A program made the translations under genes and the position numbers. The notes beneath the pieces were generated by a model, which did no database searches, was not told where the DNA came from, and worked only from the letters and a program-made list of their open reading frames with translations. A stretch of DNA of 63,541 nucleotides, filler included, from Thraustochytrium aureum (Eukaryota), in assembly GCA_012862495.1 (NCBI GenBank). It is 4 parts of 3 records of this genome, joined end to end, with 100 filler letters (N's around TTAATTAATTAA, not from the genome) between each part and the next. Parts side by side here need not be neighbours in the genome. Positions count along the whole stretch, not along the records: positions 25,893 to 49,919 come from BLSG01000225.1; positions 50,020 to 55,160 come from BLSG01000228.1; positions 55,261 to 63,541 come from BLSG01000233.1; 1 more part is not named here. One strand, given 5' to 3'. Of this stretch, positions 47,815 to 59,643 are shown in pieces. Position 1 is the stretch's first letter, and each line of letters begins with the position of its first letter.

Positions 47815-49704
47815 GTTGCGCGACGCGACGCGCGCAGCAGCCGCACGGTACTCTACATTATCCAGGCAACGAAGAAATCAACCGAATCAATCAAAGAAAG
47901 AAATCACGCTCTGCGCATCGATAGTCGATTCGACGGGTACTCACTGCTAAGAGTACTGCACTCTGCTTGATCAAGATGCTTGTCTGTGCTGCTCGCTTTG
48001 TGGGGCTTGCGGCTTTTCTCGCTACAGAAGCGAGTAGAGTAGCTATAGGTAGGGATATCTCGAGCGAGAGCCGTCGCGCGCCTGCCCGGCCGCTTGGCTG
48101 CCTCTGCAGTGGCGGGAAGGGCCCGGAGGAGTTGGCTCAAACGTGGCTGCGCGTATCGCACCTCTCCGCATGCGAAGAGAAGCGGTGGTCGGATCGCGCG
48201 CGCGGCGGATCGAGGAGGAAGTCAGTCGAGCAGTTTACACGCAAACTCGCGCAGATCAGGCCGGAACGGTCCCGTGAGCAGAGGCGTTTACCAATTTCGC
48301 GCTTAATAGAAAGGCGCGAAGGAGCTGAACGCACATGCTTGCGCGCTGGCCAATCGCACCGGGTGAGAGAGTGCAGAGTGGCGGCGCTCGACGCGCTGGT
48401 GCAACGTTTCGGGCTACCTAGCTAGCCCATGCCTGCTCTCTTGCCGGAAACGCGCTCGCGTCAAGGCGCGACCTGCACCTGCTCTTGGGCGCGATTGAGC
48501 GCGTGACGCGGAACTCTCGAGCTTTGCTGCTCGCCGCAAGAGAGACGGAACACCTTGACTCGCTCTCGCTCTCGACTAGCTCTACTAGAGAGCGAGCTAC
48601 GGATAGCTACAAGTAGAAACCACTCGGCATCGCTGCACCGGTTTGCTCGCCGGTATGCGTACGATGCTGTTTCGTTTGGGCGTGAAACGCCAACCCGTCG
48701 GTCTGCATGCAGCCATTTGAGCTGCGAGCAGCCGTCGAACTGCGAGCAGCCATGTGCTCGGCAGCGGCCAGGGCAGATCGATGATGATTTGCCGCCGACT
48801 CGATGAGCTCGCGAAACACAATTGCATTCCTTGGATCGAATGAGGGCTGCACAGAGTACGGGGATGAGTGCGGAGGACATGCTCGTCGTCCAGAAGCGCA
48901 CCTCGGTTTTGCATGCAACACCTCTTCAAGTGTTCCAAGCACCCGTTTCAAGGACTCACAAGGTGAAAAATCTCCCGTTCTGAGCGTGACGCGCATGCAT
49001 GTGGGCTACTCTACTCTGGAGCGAGGAAGATCCTCCCTGGCGATCGCTGCGTCATTTCATCACCTTGCACGCTGATCTTGAGTTGCACTTGCTCTTGATT
49101 GAGGGGTTGGCAAAACGACAAACGGCAAATTAATGTACAGGTGAAACGTTTCACCCAAAAAAGCTTATATGAGGTACGTGTGATTTAGATTGGCCAGCCC
49201 GATTTGCACTCGGCGGCCCCATCCACGCGCAGGTGCCGGGCGAATCAAGGGGCCAGAGCGCCAGCACGCGCTCTGATGCTGCGCTGTGGCAGCGCGGAGT
49301 TCTCCAGCTAGCGTGTAGACTTCGACTGCAGGCTCTAAGGAAGCGGCGATCGGTGGCGGCTTTCGTGTCGGCTCTGGCTCGAAGGGCTCGAAAGGCTCGT
49401 CGCGTCACCGGCCGGCTTGGCTTTGGCGCCGGCTGCGGCTCGCCGGACAAGTCGCGTTACGTCTAATGGCTCCAATGCAGCTGGAAACAGGCTGGCCTCG
49501 CACCAGCGCCATGCTGTTTGCGGCGACAACATAGTAGGCGAGGCGTGTTGAAGCAAGGGGCGTGAAGTGGTGTTCCAAATCGAAGCGAGCAAACCCCAAA
49601 CAATAGAGCAAGGCAAAGCAGAGCAAAGCAGACAGCGAAAAGAAAAGCACGCCAGCAAGGTCCGTCGAGTCAGCGAGCCCTGTGAGGCAGACAAAGTCGA
49701 AACA

Positions 49705-49919
49705 ATGATGTACTTGGCAGTGGCTCTCGTTTTCCTCGGCTTCGCCGCAGCGCAAGGCGCGGAGATTGGCATGCGCGGTGAGCGGGCGCTGACGCTGTGC
49801 ACAGGCAACTACGAGTGCCCGCCGTACTCGACGCGCAAGCCTTTCCGCATTTGCTACGACACTTTCGACGACTGCACGTGTGTCAAGGGCTACATCCCGG
49901 AGGGTGACAAGTGCGTTCC
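49705..49919 (+). CDS. Secreted Cys-rich (EGF-like module) protein, truncated at scaffold end
   Basis: Signal peptide 'MMYLAVALVFLGFAAAQG' then 'CTGNYECPPYSTRKPFRICYDTFDDCTCVKGYIPEGDKCV' (6 Cys, CxC-x-GY). Confidence 0.7.
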
Positions 49920-50019
49920 NNNNNNNNNNNNNNNNNNNNNNNNNNNNNNNNNNNNNNNNNNNNTTAATTAATTAANNNNNNNNNNNNNNNNNNNNNNNNN
50001 NNNNNNNNNNNNNNNNNNN
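49920..50019. other. Artificial scaffold linker
   Basis: N44-TTAATTAATTAA-N44. Confidence 0.95.
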
Positions 50020-51276
50020 ACGACACCATGGCCCCGTCGACCTCAAGAGCGCACGCGTACGCGTTGAGCGCCCCTTCAAAGTTGCCCGCGCGGAAAAAGT
50101 CGTCGCCCTTTCCTTTGAGCCAGAAGGGGTCCTTCTCGCTGATATCTACCGCATCCAAGCGCTCGCGGACTTTGCCCTTCAGGTGACGGCGGTTGCGGAG
50201 CAGCCAGTCCTCCTCCTCCTCCTTCTTCGACTCCCGCATTGGCGTCGGAAACACGCGCGCAGTGAACGCGACTGTCACGCGCGCTGCGCCCGAGGCGCCG
50301 GCACGACGCGGTCCAGGTCATCGCCGTCCCCCGCGACCTCGCCGCTCACTGATTTTGGGGGCGTTGGCGCGCGTGCCTGCGGTGGGCTCTCCGGGGCTCG
50401 AATGGTCTGGTAGGCCTCGCTTTGTGCACTCTTGGCCTCGACGAGGTCTTCCTCGCCAAAAATCGCGTTGCCATCATCTGCGACCGCTGCCGTTGCTGCT
50501 GCACCGCGGCCTTCTCCTTCAAACGGGTCTTGCACTGCTTCAGGGCATTCATCGGAGAAGGAGACGCGCCGGCCCCGGCTCTTTCTCGGGCTGGTGCTGC
50601 TCGAGTCGCCCTTTTTCAGGATGCTCTTCGTGGTTCGCCCGTTCGCTCTCGTTGCGGCGTTTTCCTTCGAGCCTGAGACTGTGGCGTGCGAAGCGGCGCT
50701 TCCCTTCGAGCCTGAGATTGTGGCTTGCGAGGCGTCCTGGGCAGGCTTTTCCGGTTCCTGTTGCTGGGCTTGCTGGCCGAGGCCCTGCAGCGCCTGATAT
50801 ACCTCTGCTCTGCTAGGCGCTTTTCCTCCGCCTTGAGGTCATCGAGGCGCTGCCGCTCCATCTCGTCGACTTGCATTTGCATCCTCGTCGACAGCTTCTC
50901 GTCGTCCATGCGACGCTCCATGCGCTTGACGGAGTCCTCTTCGTCGCGGCGCTGCTTGTCCTCCATCGACTCGATGCGGCGCTTGCGCATCGCGGCCTTG
51001 TCCTTGTGATTGGCGCAGAGAAGCTCGGGCCACGCCCCTGGCGCAAGTTTTTGAAACCGCAGCGTCAGCGTTCCGTCGCTGACCGTCGAGAGCCCGCTGC
51101 GCTCATCCACGGCAGCGTGCAAGTCCAGGTTGATCAAGTACGGCCTGTAGTTGACCTTGATGTACATCCTTGACGCATACACATCCACAGCGCTCACGGC
51201 CGAGCCCTTCAAGGGCACTATCACGGCGACCTCCTCTGCCGTCTGGCTCCAATCGTACACCCCCTCGAGCACCATC
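50020..51276 (-). CDS. DNAAF4: Dynein axonemal assembly factor 4 (DYX1C1): CS domain, coiled coil, TPR; frameshifted, 3' truncated
   Basis: 'YDWSQTAEEVAVIVPLKG..DVYASRMYIKVNYRPYLINLDL..GTLTLRFQK..WPEL'; coiled coil; 'VAFTARVFPTPMRESKKEEEEDWL'; TPR start 'EKDPFWLKGKGDDFFRAGNFEGALNAY'. Confidence 0.9.
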
Positions 51277-52601
51277 GCCGCCCGCCGCCGTGCGCTTCGC
51301 TGCGCCGTCAACCGCCCAGGCGTTGGTCGCCAAACCAGCGACGAGCTGCGAACAAGATGGCCACGTCTCGCTCTCGACCCGCACGCTGCAGCCTGCGCGT
51401 CCCGAGTCTCGTTCCCGACCCGCACGCTGCCGTCTGCGCGTCTCGAGTCTCTCTTGCGAGTCTGTCGCGAGTCGGCTGCGATGCGCTGACTTCCGTTGTC
51501 AATCAAAGCGAGTCCGTCTGGGACGCAAGAATTCGAGTGAGACACGCCACAACGGTCAAGCGAGGACTGCGGGACTCGTGCACGCGCAAGTGCCGTTGGG
51601 GCCGCTTCGGAACGCGTACCTAGCTAGNNNNNNNNNNNNNNNNNNNNNNNNNNNNNNNNNNNNNNNNNNNNNNNNNNNNNNNNNNNNNNNNNNNNNNNNN
51701 NNNNNNNNNNNNNNNNNNNNNNNNNNNNNNNNNNNNNNNNNNNNNNNNNNNNNNNNNNNNNNNNNNNNNNNNNNNNNNNNNNNNNNNNNNNNNNNNNNNN
51801 NNNNNNNNNNNNNNNNNNNNNNNNNNNNNNNNNNNNNNNNNNNNNNNNNNNNNNNNNNNNNNNNNNNNNNNNNNNNNNNNNNNNNNNNNNNNNNNNNNNN
51901 NNNNNNNNNNNNNNNNNNNNNNNNNNNNNNNNNNNNNNNNNNNNNNNNNNNNNNNNNNNNNNNNNNNNNNNNNNNNNNNNNNNNNNNNNNNNNNNNNNNN
52001 NNNNNNNNNNNNNNNNNNNNNNNNNNNNNNNNNNNNNNNNNNNNNNNNNNNNNNNNNNNNNNNNNNNNNNNNNNNNNNNNNNNNNNNNNNNNNNNNNNNN
52101 NNNNNNNNNNNNNNNNNNNNNNNNNNNNNNNNNNNNNNNNNNNNNNNNNNNNNNNNNNNNNNNNNNNNNNNNNNNNNNNNNNNNNNNNNNNNNNNNNNNN
52201 NNNNNNNNNNNNNNNNNNNNNNNNNNNNNNNNNNNNNNNNNNNNNNNNNNNNNNNNNNNNNNNNNNNNNNNNNNNNNNNNNNNNNNNNNNNNNNNNNNNN
52301 NNNNNNNNNNNNNNNNNNNNNNNNNNNNNNNNNNNNNNNNNNNNNNNNNNNNNNNNNNNNNNNNNNNNNNNNNNNNNNNNNNNNNNNNNNNNNNNNNNNN
52401 NNNNNNNNNNNNNNNNNNNNNNNNNNNNNNNNNNNNNNNNNNNNNNNNNNNNNNNNNNNNNNNNNNNNNNNNNNNNNNNNNNNNNNNNNNNNNNNNNNNN
52501 NNNNNNNNNNNNNNNNNNNNNNNNNNNNNNNNNNNNNNNNNNNNNNNNNNNNNNNNNNNNNNNNNNNNNNNNNNNNNNNNNNNNNNNNNNNNNNNNNNNN
52601 N

Positions 52602-55160
52602 TGTCACGCCTGGAAGAGCCGAGAGCCGGAAATGGCCCAACGCCTGCACGAGCCTGGCGTCGTCTAGAGCGACGCCGCCGTAGCTCGTCATTTTCGTTTC
52701 GACCCGGAAGCCGTCACGCTCGCGCTCGACCTCGGTCGTCAGATTGGCCTCCATCGTGCTACGCGGGCAGGCCGCTTCGACAAACCACCTTTGAGCCTTT
52801 GCTCGCGCCTGTGGGCTCAGGCTGCCGAGATCAACGATTTCCACGCCAGGCGAGACGTGCCTGAACGTCCATCCCACGGTGCCACCAACAAGCGTGTCGA
52901 ACGAAAGGACAAGCTCATCGCTCAGCAAGAGCGCGTCGTACACCTTTTCGACCGTCAAGACGGAGGCGCTGGGCGCTGGGCCGCCCTCGTCGTAGGAGTC
53001 ACTGTAGTCCGACTCGTCCGAGTAGTCGGGCTCGTGATAAAAGCCTCCCGGTCCCGACGTCGAAACCACAGACCTTGAGCGCACAATAAGCGTGATCTTG
53101 CACATCCAAGGCAAATGACCGCCATCTGCGCCATTCGCAGCCGTTGCTCTCCCCGCCTCGGTGGTCTGCCTCGCTTTTACTGTCAGAGGCGTGGAGCGTA
53201 TCGTCGCAGGGCTCGGAATTAGGCTTGCGAGCATTCCCTCCAGGTCGGTCTGAAACTCGTCGCTCGAGCCCATCCAAACTTGACCCGACAGTGGGTATGC
53301 CCGATGCACCTTCGAGCTGCACAACATGAACTCGACGCCACTCGGGAAGAGCGACTCTATCTCGTCTACGGTGACCGGGTCTTGCGAGTCGCTCTCTATC
53401 TGTATCTGGAGCCTAGAGAAGCACGCCTCGGGTTCGAAAACGTTGGGGTGGACCAGAGGTTCGAACGCCACGTTCTCTTGGCTTTGAGGGCTGCCCTTCT
53501 GCTTGAGCTCAACGAGGTTGCCAGCGCAGCTGGCGAACAGGAGAAATCGGACCCGGTTCAGCCGAACCGGGTCCTGGAACAAGGCGTTCGGGTGAGGCAG
53601 TTCCACTTCGGCGTGCGAATCGCGGGACGAACCAAAGCTCAGCATGGTGGCCACCGTCTGCTTGACGTGCCTGTGCTGGATCGCAAGCCGGGACATGCGC
53701 GTCCAGGCAAGCCCGCTCACTGCACAAAAGTCCTTGCGAAACTTGGCGGTTGTCTCTGTCTGCAAGATCGCAAGCAGTCGAACCAGCATGAGCGGCTCGG
53801 ACAGCAGCCCGCCTCCCAGGTCGTTCTTCGTCACCGTCACGTCCGACAGGATGCTGTGGTACTCGGCTGGATCCTTGTGGATCAGTGGCGTTGCGACCCG
53901 GAACGGGCTCTGCGTCGCGGTGAGGACTGTCGCGAGCGCAACGGCCTCCGCAAGCACGCCGAGCGCTGCTCCGCGTGCAACGAGCACGCCCAAGCGCAGG
54001 TCGATCCCGAGACGGCTCACAAATACGCCCAAAGTGGTCCGCTTCGCCGCTTCGTCGCTGCGGTGGTCGACGAGGCCCTGATTATAGAGGCTGTCAAGGG
54101 CATTCGCGCCGCGCCGCGTGGAGGGGGGCTCCACGGTCTGGCGCAAAAGAGGGAGCACAGGCCCGTCTACGAGGCTCTTGAGCTCCAGCACCACCTTGTC
54201 CAGGGGGGAGCAGTGAATCTCCGGCAGGTCAAACGGCGGCAAGGCGTCGTACAGCATGCGCGTGTACAGGCGAAAGACCGTACCAGGGCGAGTGCGCGCG
54301 GTTCTGCCAGCGCGCTGCATGGCGCTTGCCTGGCTGATGAAGCGGTCCACGAGCCGCGAGGTCTGCGATTTCGCGTCAAACTCGACTTGCCGGCGCGTCC
54401 CAAAGCAAATCACAAAGTCGACGTCAGGGAGCGTGATGCTCGACTCGGCCGAGTTGGTGGCCACTACAACTTTCATCTCCCGCGGCTCCATGTCGTCCCA
54501 GGCCGACAGCTGCTCCTCGTAGGGGATCGAACCGTGGATAGGGATCACGCGGAGCCTGTTCGCGGACCCCACCACAGAGCCGACGCGTGTCCCGAGTGTC
54601 TCGCTCAGCTGCTCGAGTTGGGTGGTGAGCTCGACAATGTTGGCCATGCCGGAGACGAATATCAAGACGGCAGAGCAGCACTCCTTCGCGAGACTCTCGA
54701 CGAGGCTCACGCAAATCTTGTACTGCGCCTTGGACACCGAACTAAAGACCTTGAATTGCAGATCGGGCGCTTCAGCGATCTGCTGCGGCGTGCAGCCCAC
54801 GGACACGCCTCCGTGGTTTTCCACCAGGCTGTCCAGCTCGGAAAGCAAGGTGGCTGCAAAGCAGCTCGCCTTGGCATCGACCCTTCTCAAGAGATCGGGC
54901 GAATCAAGAAAGAGCTCCGACAGGGGGTACCGCTTGGCGCCAACGAAGATCGGCGGCGTCGGCACCCCAAAGTAGTCTTGGAACAGCTTCGCTTGCAACG
55001 TCGCGCTCATCAGAACGATCTTGATGCTCGGGTTGGTTGTCAGAAGCCTCTTGGCCATCAAGCAGAGGATGTCCATGTCCACAGATCGCTCGTGCACCTC
55101 GTCCAGGATGAGGTGCGAAAAGTCGTCAAAATACGATGGGTCCCCAGAGAGTTTGCGCAC
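52602..55160 (-). CDS. DEAH/RHA-family RNA helicase (both ends missing)
   Basis: Motif II 'LILDEVHERS', III 'LMSATL', IV 'VLIFVSGM', V 'VVATNSAESSITLPDV', VI 'QRAGRTAR' and HA2-like 'TTLGVFVSRLGIDLRLG'. Confidence 0.92.
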
Positions 55161-55260
55161 NNNNNNNNNNNNNNNNNNNNNNNNNNNNNNNNNNNNNNNN
55201 NNNNTTAATTAATTAANNNNNNNNNNNNNNNNNNNNNNNNNNNNNNNNNNNNNNNNNNNN
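55161..55260. other. Artificial scaffold linker
   Basis: N44-TTAATTAATTAA-N44. Confidence 0.95.
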
Positions 55261-55345
55261 TGCTGCTGCTGTCGTCCTTTGCGCGACTGGCCACCTCCTG
55301 CTCCTGCTCGTGCTGCTGTTTTGCTGCCGCACAATTCACAACCGC

Positions 55346-55434
55346 AAATGCGTAAATCGGCCCGCGTAATACGCATTTACGCGCCGAGCCTCGCACATTT
55401 CTGCGCGGGCCAAATGCGTACTGCATACGCATTT
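55346..55434. promoter_or_regulatory. Two inverted pairs of the 9-mer AAATGCGTA upstream of the TAF1C-like gene
   Basis: AAATGCGTA at 55346-54 and 55412-20; TACGCATTT at 55370-78 and 55426-34. Confidence 0.5.
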
Positions 55435-55518
55435 TGAGGCGGTGGAGGCGGGCAGGCAGGCAGGCAGGCGCCCGCGGGGCCTGGGCTGGCAGAGCTGCGA
55501 GGCGGATGGGGCGCGGCG

Positions 55519-57570
55519 ATGGCCGCGAGGGTCTGCGAGGACGCGGTGGCGATGGTCGGAAGCGACGGCCACGTGCTGCTCTGTCGACCGCTCGACGACG
55601 TGGACAAGTGGGTCTATGAAGCGGAGCGCGGGATGGCGAGCCTCGCGGTGCGCCGCAGGATCGAGGCGGCGCAGCGCGAGCCGGACGACCTGGAGGAGTC
55701 CCCGGAAGCTGCCAAACTCTCTGCCGAAGCGCTCGAGGCGGCTAGGGCCAGTGGGATGGTGCTGCCGGACGTGTTTCGGACGACAGGATGGAGCGGCGGG
55801 CCCTGCAGACGGCTCGAGTTGTTGAACGCGAGGCCGCTTCCGGCGCCGCACGGGGACGTGCTCCAGGAGGTTGTCAAGACGCGCATCGCTTCCGAGTGGC
55901 AGGCCATGTCGATGCGCCCTGCGCATGCCTGGCTTCGGTACAAGCGGCACGTCGTTGCGGTGCAGCTCGAGAGCAGGCGCGGGTCCATGAGCACGCGCGC
56001 TGGGAGGGGGTCTGGCTGGAATGCCGACAAGGCGACAGTGGTGGAGACCGCGGCTGGCTACGCAGTCCTCTGCGTTGCGCCGAGCCCCTTCTTCCCCGGA
56101 AGCGCAGCTGTGCTCACTGAACAGAGCTGCTTGATGCTCAACCCGTTCGCGCCGTCTGGGCAGACCAGGGCGCGATGCGGCCCACTGGCCGAGCGCGGCC
56201 TACGGCTCAGCGACGGCCTGGCCGTTGGCGGGGAGGCCGTGTCGTGCACCTACGCTGGCCACCCGAGCACCTTTGTCGTGGCGACGAGCACCACGATGGC
56301 CATGGTGGACGCGCGACTTGAAAATAGCGTGCAAAACGAAACTGTCGTGCAAGGATTCGGTGAGCCCCTGTACCGCGTGGAACGGTGCTCCAGCCCGCTG
56401 TTTGGCTTTGTGTCGGTCGGCAAGACTCGCGTAGCCCTCTGGGACGCGCGAATGCTGCGGGGCGACCCGGTCGTCAGCAAGCCACACTATCTCAAGTCCC
56501 CAGTAGTGGGGCTCGACTTTAACGGACCGGCCATGTGCTTGTGGACTACCAATGCCAACGAAGCCGCCTTTGTGGTGCTCGGGGATGGATGGGAGCTGCC
56601 AAAGTACTTTGAGCCGGAGTTTGCAGACGTTGTTGCCAATGGCTGCGCGACGGCGCCGCCGAAAGATCCCGCCGAGGTCGATCGCGACGCCGCGGAGCAC
56701 CTAGAGCGGGTCAAGCGAGCCGAGGAAGCTGCAGCGTCGTATGCCGCCCAAGCTGCCGCGGGTTCCAAGAAGCGCCGCGAGGCGAGAGCGGCAGCCGCTG
56801 CGCGCATAGCTCGGGCAAGGGGAATGACCGACCCCAAGGCCAAGCGAAAGCGACCCTCAAAGCGCCCCCGAAGTCGCTCTGTTGATGCCTACACCGACTA
56901 TGGCAGCGAGACAGCAATCGAGGACCTTTTCTTGTCAGGGGTGGAATCAAGCGGCAATGTGGCGTCTGCGGTCGACAGTGTGGGGTCCAGCTCGGACGAA
57001 TCTGACAAGCGTGGCTCTCGCCGCAAGTCGCGCAAGGGCAAAAAAGAGCGGCTCCGTGCAGGCTCGGAATCTGCGTCAGAGTCGGCGTCCGACTCTTCCG
57101 TGTCGAAGCGTGGCAGGACGCGCAAGAACAAGGTGCAGTCGACGCCCCAAAAGAAGGGGCCCACCTGGGCTTCGGACAGCAGCTCTGACGAGGAGGACGA
57201 ATTGTTGGGACTGGAGACTGCCTCTGCGGCAGGCTCCGTCGACCAAGCGTTCCGAGCCCAGGTTGAGCAAACAGCAACCTACGAGGCCTTTTTGCAAATT
57301 GAGGCCAGCGATGAGCCGCGCTCTCTCCGCGTGTTTGGCATGGAGTCGGATGAGTTCATCGGCCCGTTGGAGGACTACGGCGACGCGGTAGGGGCGTACT
57401 TGGACCGCGCTCTGAACATGCACCAGCTCGGGTGGGATGGTTCGTGGCGAACTTGGAGGCCCTGCGGGGACGCCCGCGAAGCAGTGCGGGCAATCGAACT
57501 GGCCAGGGCGGCAAAACACCGTGCTGCTGACGTTGCCGAGGCAAGTCGGCAGCCACCGCTTGACCTCTAA
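55519..57570 (+). CDS. WD40/beta-propeller protein resembling TAF1C/Rrn6 (RNA polymerase I core factor subunit), with basic/acidic low-complexity tail
   Basis: 'APSPFFPGSAAVLTE', 'CTYAGHPSTFVVATSTTMAMVDAR' and 'VALWDARMLRGDPVVSKPHYLKSP' recall TAF1C segments (SPhlPGelA; ftaHPrvltv..g..mlD; lvDeR...P.lkwnHgLpSP). NLS-like 'KAKRKRPSKRPR'. Confidence 0.55.
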   Translation: MAARVCEDAVAMVGSDGHVLLCRPLDDVDKWVYEAERGMASLAVRRRIEAAQREPDDLEESPEAAKLSAEALEAARASGMVLPDVFRTTGWSGGPCRRLELLNARPLPAPHGDVLQEVVKTRIASEWQAMSMRPAHAWLRYKRHVVAVQLESRRGSMSTRAGRGSGWNADKATVVETAAGYAVLCVAPSPFFPGSAAVLTEQSCLMLNPFAPSGQTRARCGPLAERGLRLSDGLAVGGEAVSCTYAGHPSTFVVATSTTMAMVDARLENSVQNETVVQGFGEPLYRVERCSSPLFGFVSVGKTRVALWDARMLRGDPVVSKPHYLKSPVVGLDFNGPAMCLWTTNANEAAFVVLGDGWELPKYFEPEFADVVANGCATAPPKDPAEVDRDAAEHLERVKRAEEAAASYAAQAAAGSKKRREARAAAAARIARARGMTDPKAKRKRPSKRPRSRSVDAYTDYGSETAIEDLFLSGVESSGNVASAVDSVGSSSDESDKRGSRRKSRKGKKERLRAGSESASESASDSSVSKRGRTRKNKVQSTPQKKGPTWASDSSSDEEDELLGLETASAAGSVDQAFRAQVEQTATYEAFLQIEASDEPRSLRVFGMESDEFIGPLEDYGDAVGAYLDRALNMHQLGWDGSWRTWRPCGDAREAVRAIELARAAKHRAADVAEASRQPPLDL

Positions 57571-58102
57571 AAACCAATAAAACACGATTCATCTCGCGTT
57601 GCTGCAGTTGGTGGCGCCCCTCTCCGTTGACGCGTCCATCAATCGCGCGCACCCGAGTCTGTTGGGCTCCCCTGAGCGCGCTGGCCTTTGCCCAACAACC
57701 TCCTGGCCTCTTTCAATTGATTGATCAAACTCTGTTTTCAAGAGCTTGCTGCGTCTTCTGTTGTCCTGCCAGCCCGAGCCGCGCAGCAGAGCGCAGCGTC
57801 GGCAGGCGGGCAGGCGGCCGGACAGGTAGGCAGGCGCGCGGCTGCCGATCGGGCGCCCCGCGGAAGAGAAGCGTCGCCCCGCGCACGCGACGCGAGGTCC
57901 CAGGAGGAGCGCAAGACGGCTCGGCGAGCCCAAATCCGCCGCCCCGCCCAGATCACGAGCCGCGCGCCCTCCACGCTAGGGCCTGCAGCTGCGCCGCGGA
58001 CGGACGGCAGCGAGGGCGCAGGAGCCCCATCGCGCTCTGCACGCTCTGCACGCTCGAGGCCGGCCAACCAAAACCTGAGCGGGCGCCTGAGGGATCAGCA
58101 GG

Positions 58103-59277
58103 ATGGCGGACGACGAGGCCGCCCGCGACGCTGGCGGGGAGGACGAGGAGGCCGACGGGACGGCACCGAAGTACAGCATACCTGCCCGATCAACGCGCGG
58201 CAAACGCATGGGAGAGCTCGTGGGCGACGCGCTCGAGGCCGACCAGGACTTTTGGGGGCAGACCGCGTGGCAGGAGCTCTCGGACGACGATGACATCCAG
58301 TCGGACGAGTGGAGCACAGACGGTGAGTTTACTTGGCGGGCATCGTGCTGCGCAGGAATTGGTCAAGCCCTCTGACCTTGAACCCCTGCGCAGAGAAGGG
58401 CGACGAAGAGGACTCGGACATCGACGACGTGGATGAAGATGCCGAGGAGCGCGACCGCGCAGCGCAAGCGGTCGACCTGGAACAGCAGGAGAAACGGCGC
58501 CTGAAGAGCGAGCGAAACAAGCGAAAGAAAGGCGTGTACGTGGACCCCGCGCTCAAAGCGCCGGCCGCGCGCAAGGCCAAGCGCGCGCGTTCCGCTGGAA
58601 GCAGCGAGGGGGCCGGCGCGCGGGGGTCGTCGAGCGTGGTCGCGCCGAGCTCGCGGCAGGTGCGAAAGTCCACCAAGGTGAGCACAATCAGCACGAACGC
58701 GGCGGTTATGCAGGACCGCCGCAACCAGCGCGAGCGGCACGCAGCCAAGCGCCCCCGGGAGCCGCTGCTTCGGCTAACACAGCAGCAGCTGCTTGAGGAN
58801 NNNNNNNNNNNNNNNNNNNNNNNNNNNNNNNNNNNNNNNNNNNNNNNNNNNNNNNNNNNNNNNNNNNNNNNNNNNNNNNNNNNNNNNNNNNNNNNNNNNN
58901 NNNNNNNNNNNNNNNNNNNNNNNNNNNNNNNNNNNNNNNNNNNNNACCAAGGTGGACAAGCAGTCCACGAGGCGAGTGATTATTTTTCGTCGCAGCGGGG
59001 CGTGCGTCGTGATGCTTCTGGTGCCGCGCTCGACCCGTTGCGCCAATCGCTCACTTTCACGCACGTCTCGAGTGTCCCGGCGGTGATCAACGCAAAGGCG
59101 CCTTCGCCTCCGGCCAAGGCTATCTGCTCTGTCACCGGGTTGCCGGCAAAGTATCGCGACCCTGCGTCGGGCATTCCTTTCCGAACGGTCGAGGCCTTCA
59201 AGGTCCTCCGTGGCATCAAGTCCCCGCAGGCCGGCGAGGCCGCCGGGTCCTCGAAAGCTCACCACGTCGCAGCCTAG
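58103..59277 (+). CDS. VPS72: Vps72/YL1 (SWR1/SRCAP H2A.Z chaperone); intron 58323-58393, internal N gap
   Basis: N-terminal 'PARSTRGKRMGELV..DQDFW..DDDIQSDE', 'KGVYVDP', 'LTQQQLLE' and YL1_C 'AICSVTGLPAKYRDPASGIPFRTVEAFKVLR'. The GTGAGT..CTGAC..CAG intron restores the frame. Confidence 0.92.
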
Positions 59278-59643
59278 AGCTAGCCCCCAATCAAAAGTCA
59301 ACCGGTGCGCCCAAAACACCAACTGCATACTCTCGAGAACAGGTACATAACGTCCACGCCGTCTTTCACGTGCTGCGTTGGGCCGCGACGGTGAAGAGTT
59401 CGGCCGCGCGCTAATGCTGTTTCAGTTTTCTTGCAACCACTTGTGCACGTTGAACCAGCAAAACCCACACGCCCCAGACTCACCCCACCAGCACCTCCCT
59501 CCCACTTGACCAGTCCGCGCGGCAGTTGCGCGTCGGGGCGTGCGCAAGCCAGGCTCGGGGCAGCCTCCGGTGCCGCGCAGCAGCAAGGCCGAAGCGGCGC
59601 GGTTGGCAGGTGGGGTGCAAGTCAAGTGGAGGACTTCGGTACA

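Noticed and set aside
47900..49600. Short ORFs or a transposon remnant in the long intergenic region
   Set aside because: No coding bias, transposase or RT motifs, or terminal repeats that I can support.
45721..55160. PARP plus helicase as a defence or anti-viral gene cluster
   Set aside because: They lie on different scaffolds separated by the 49920 linker, and both belong to ordinary eukaryotic families.
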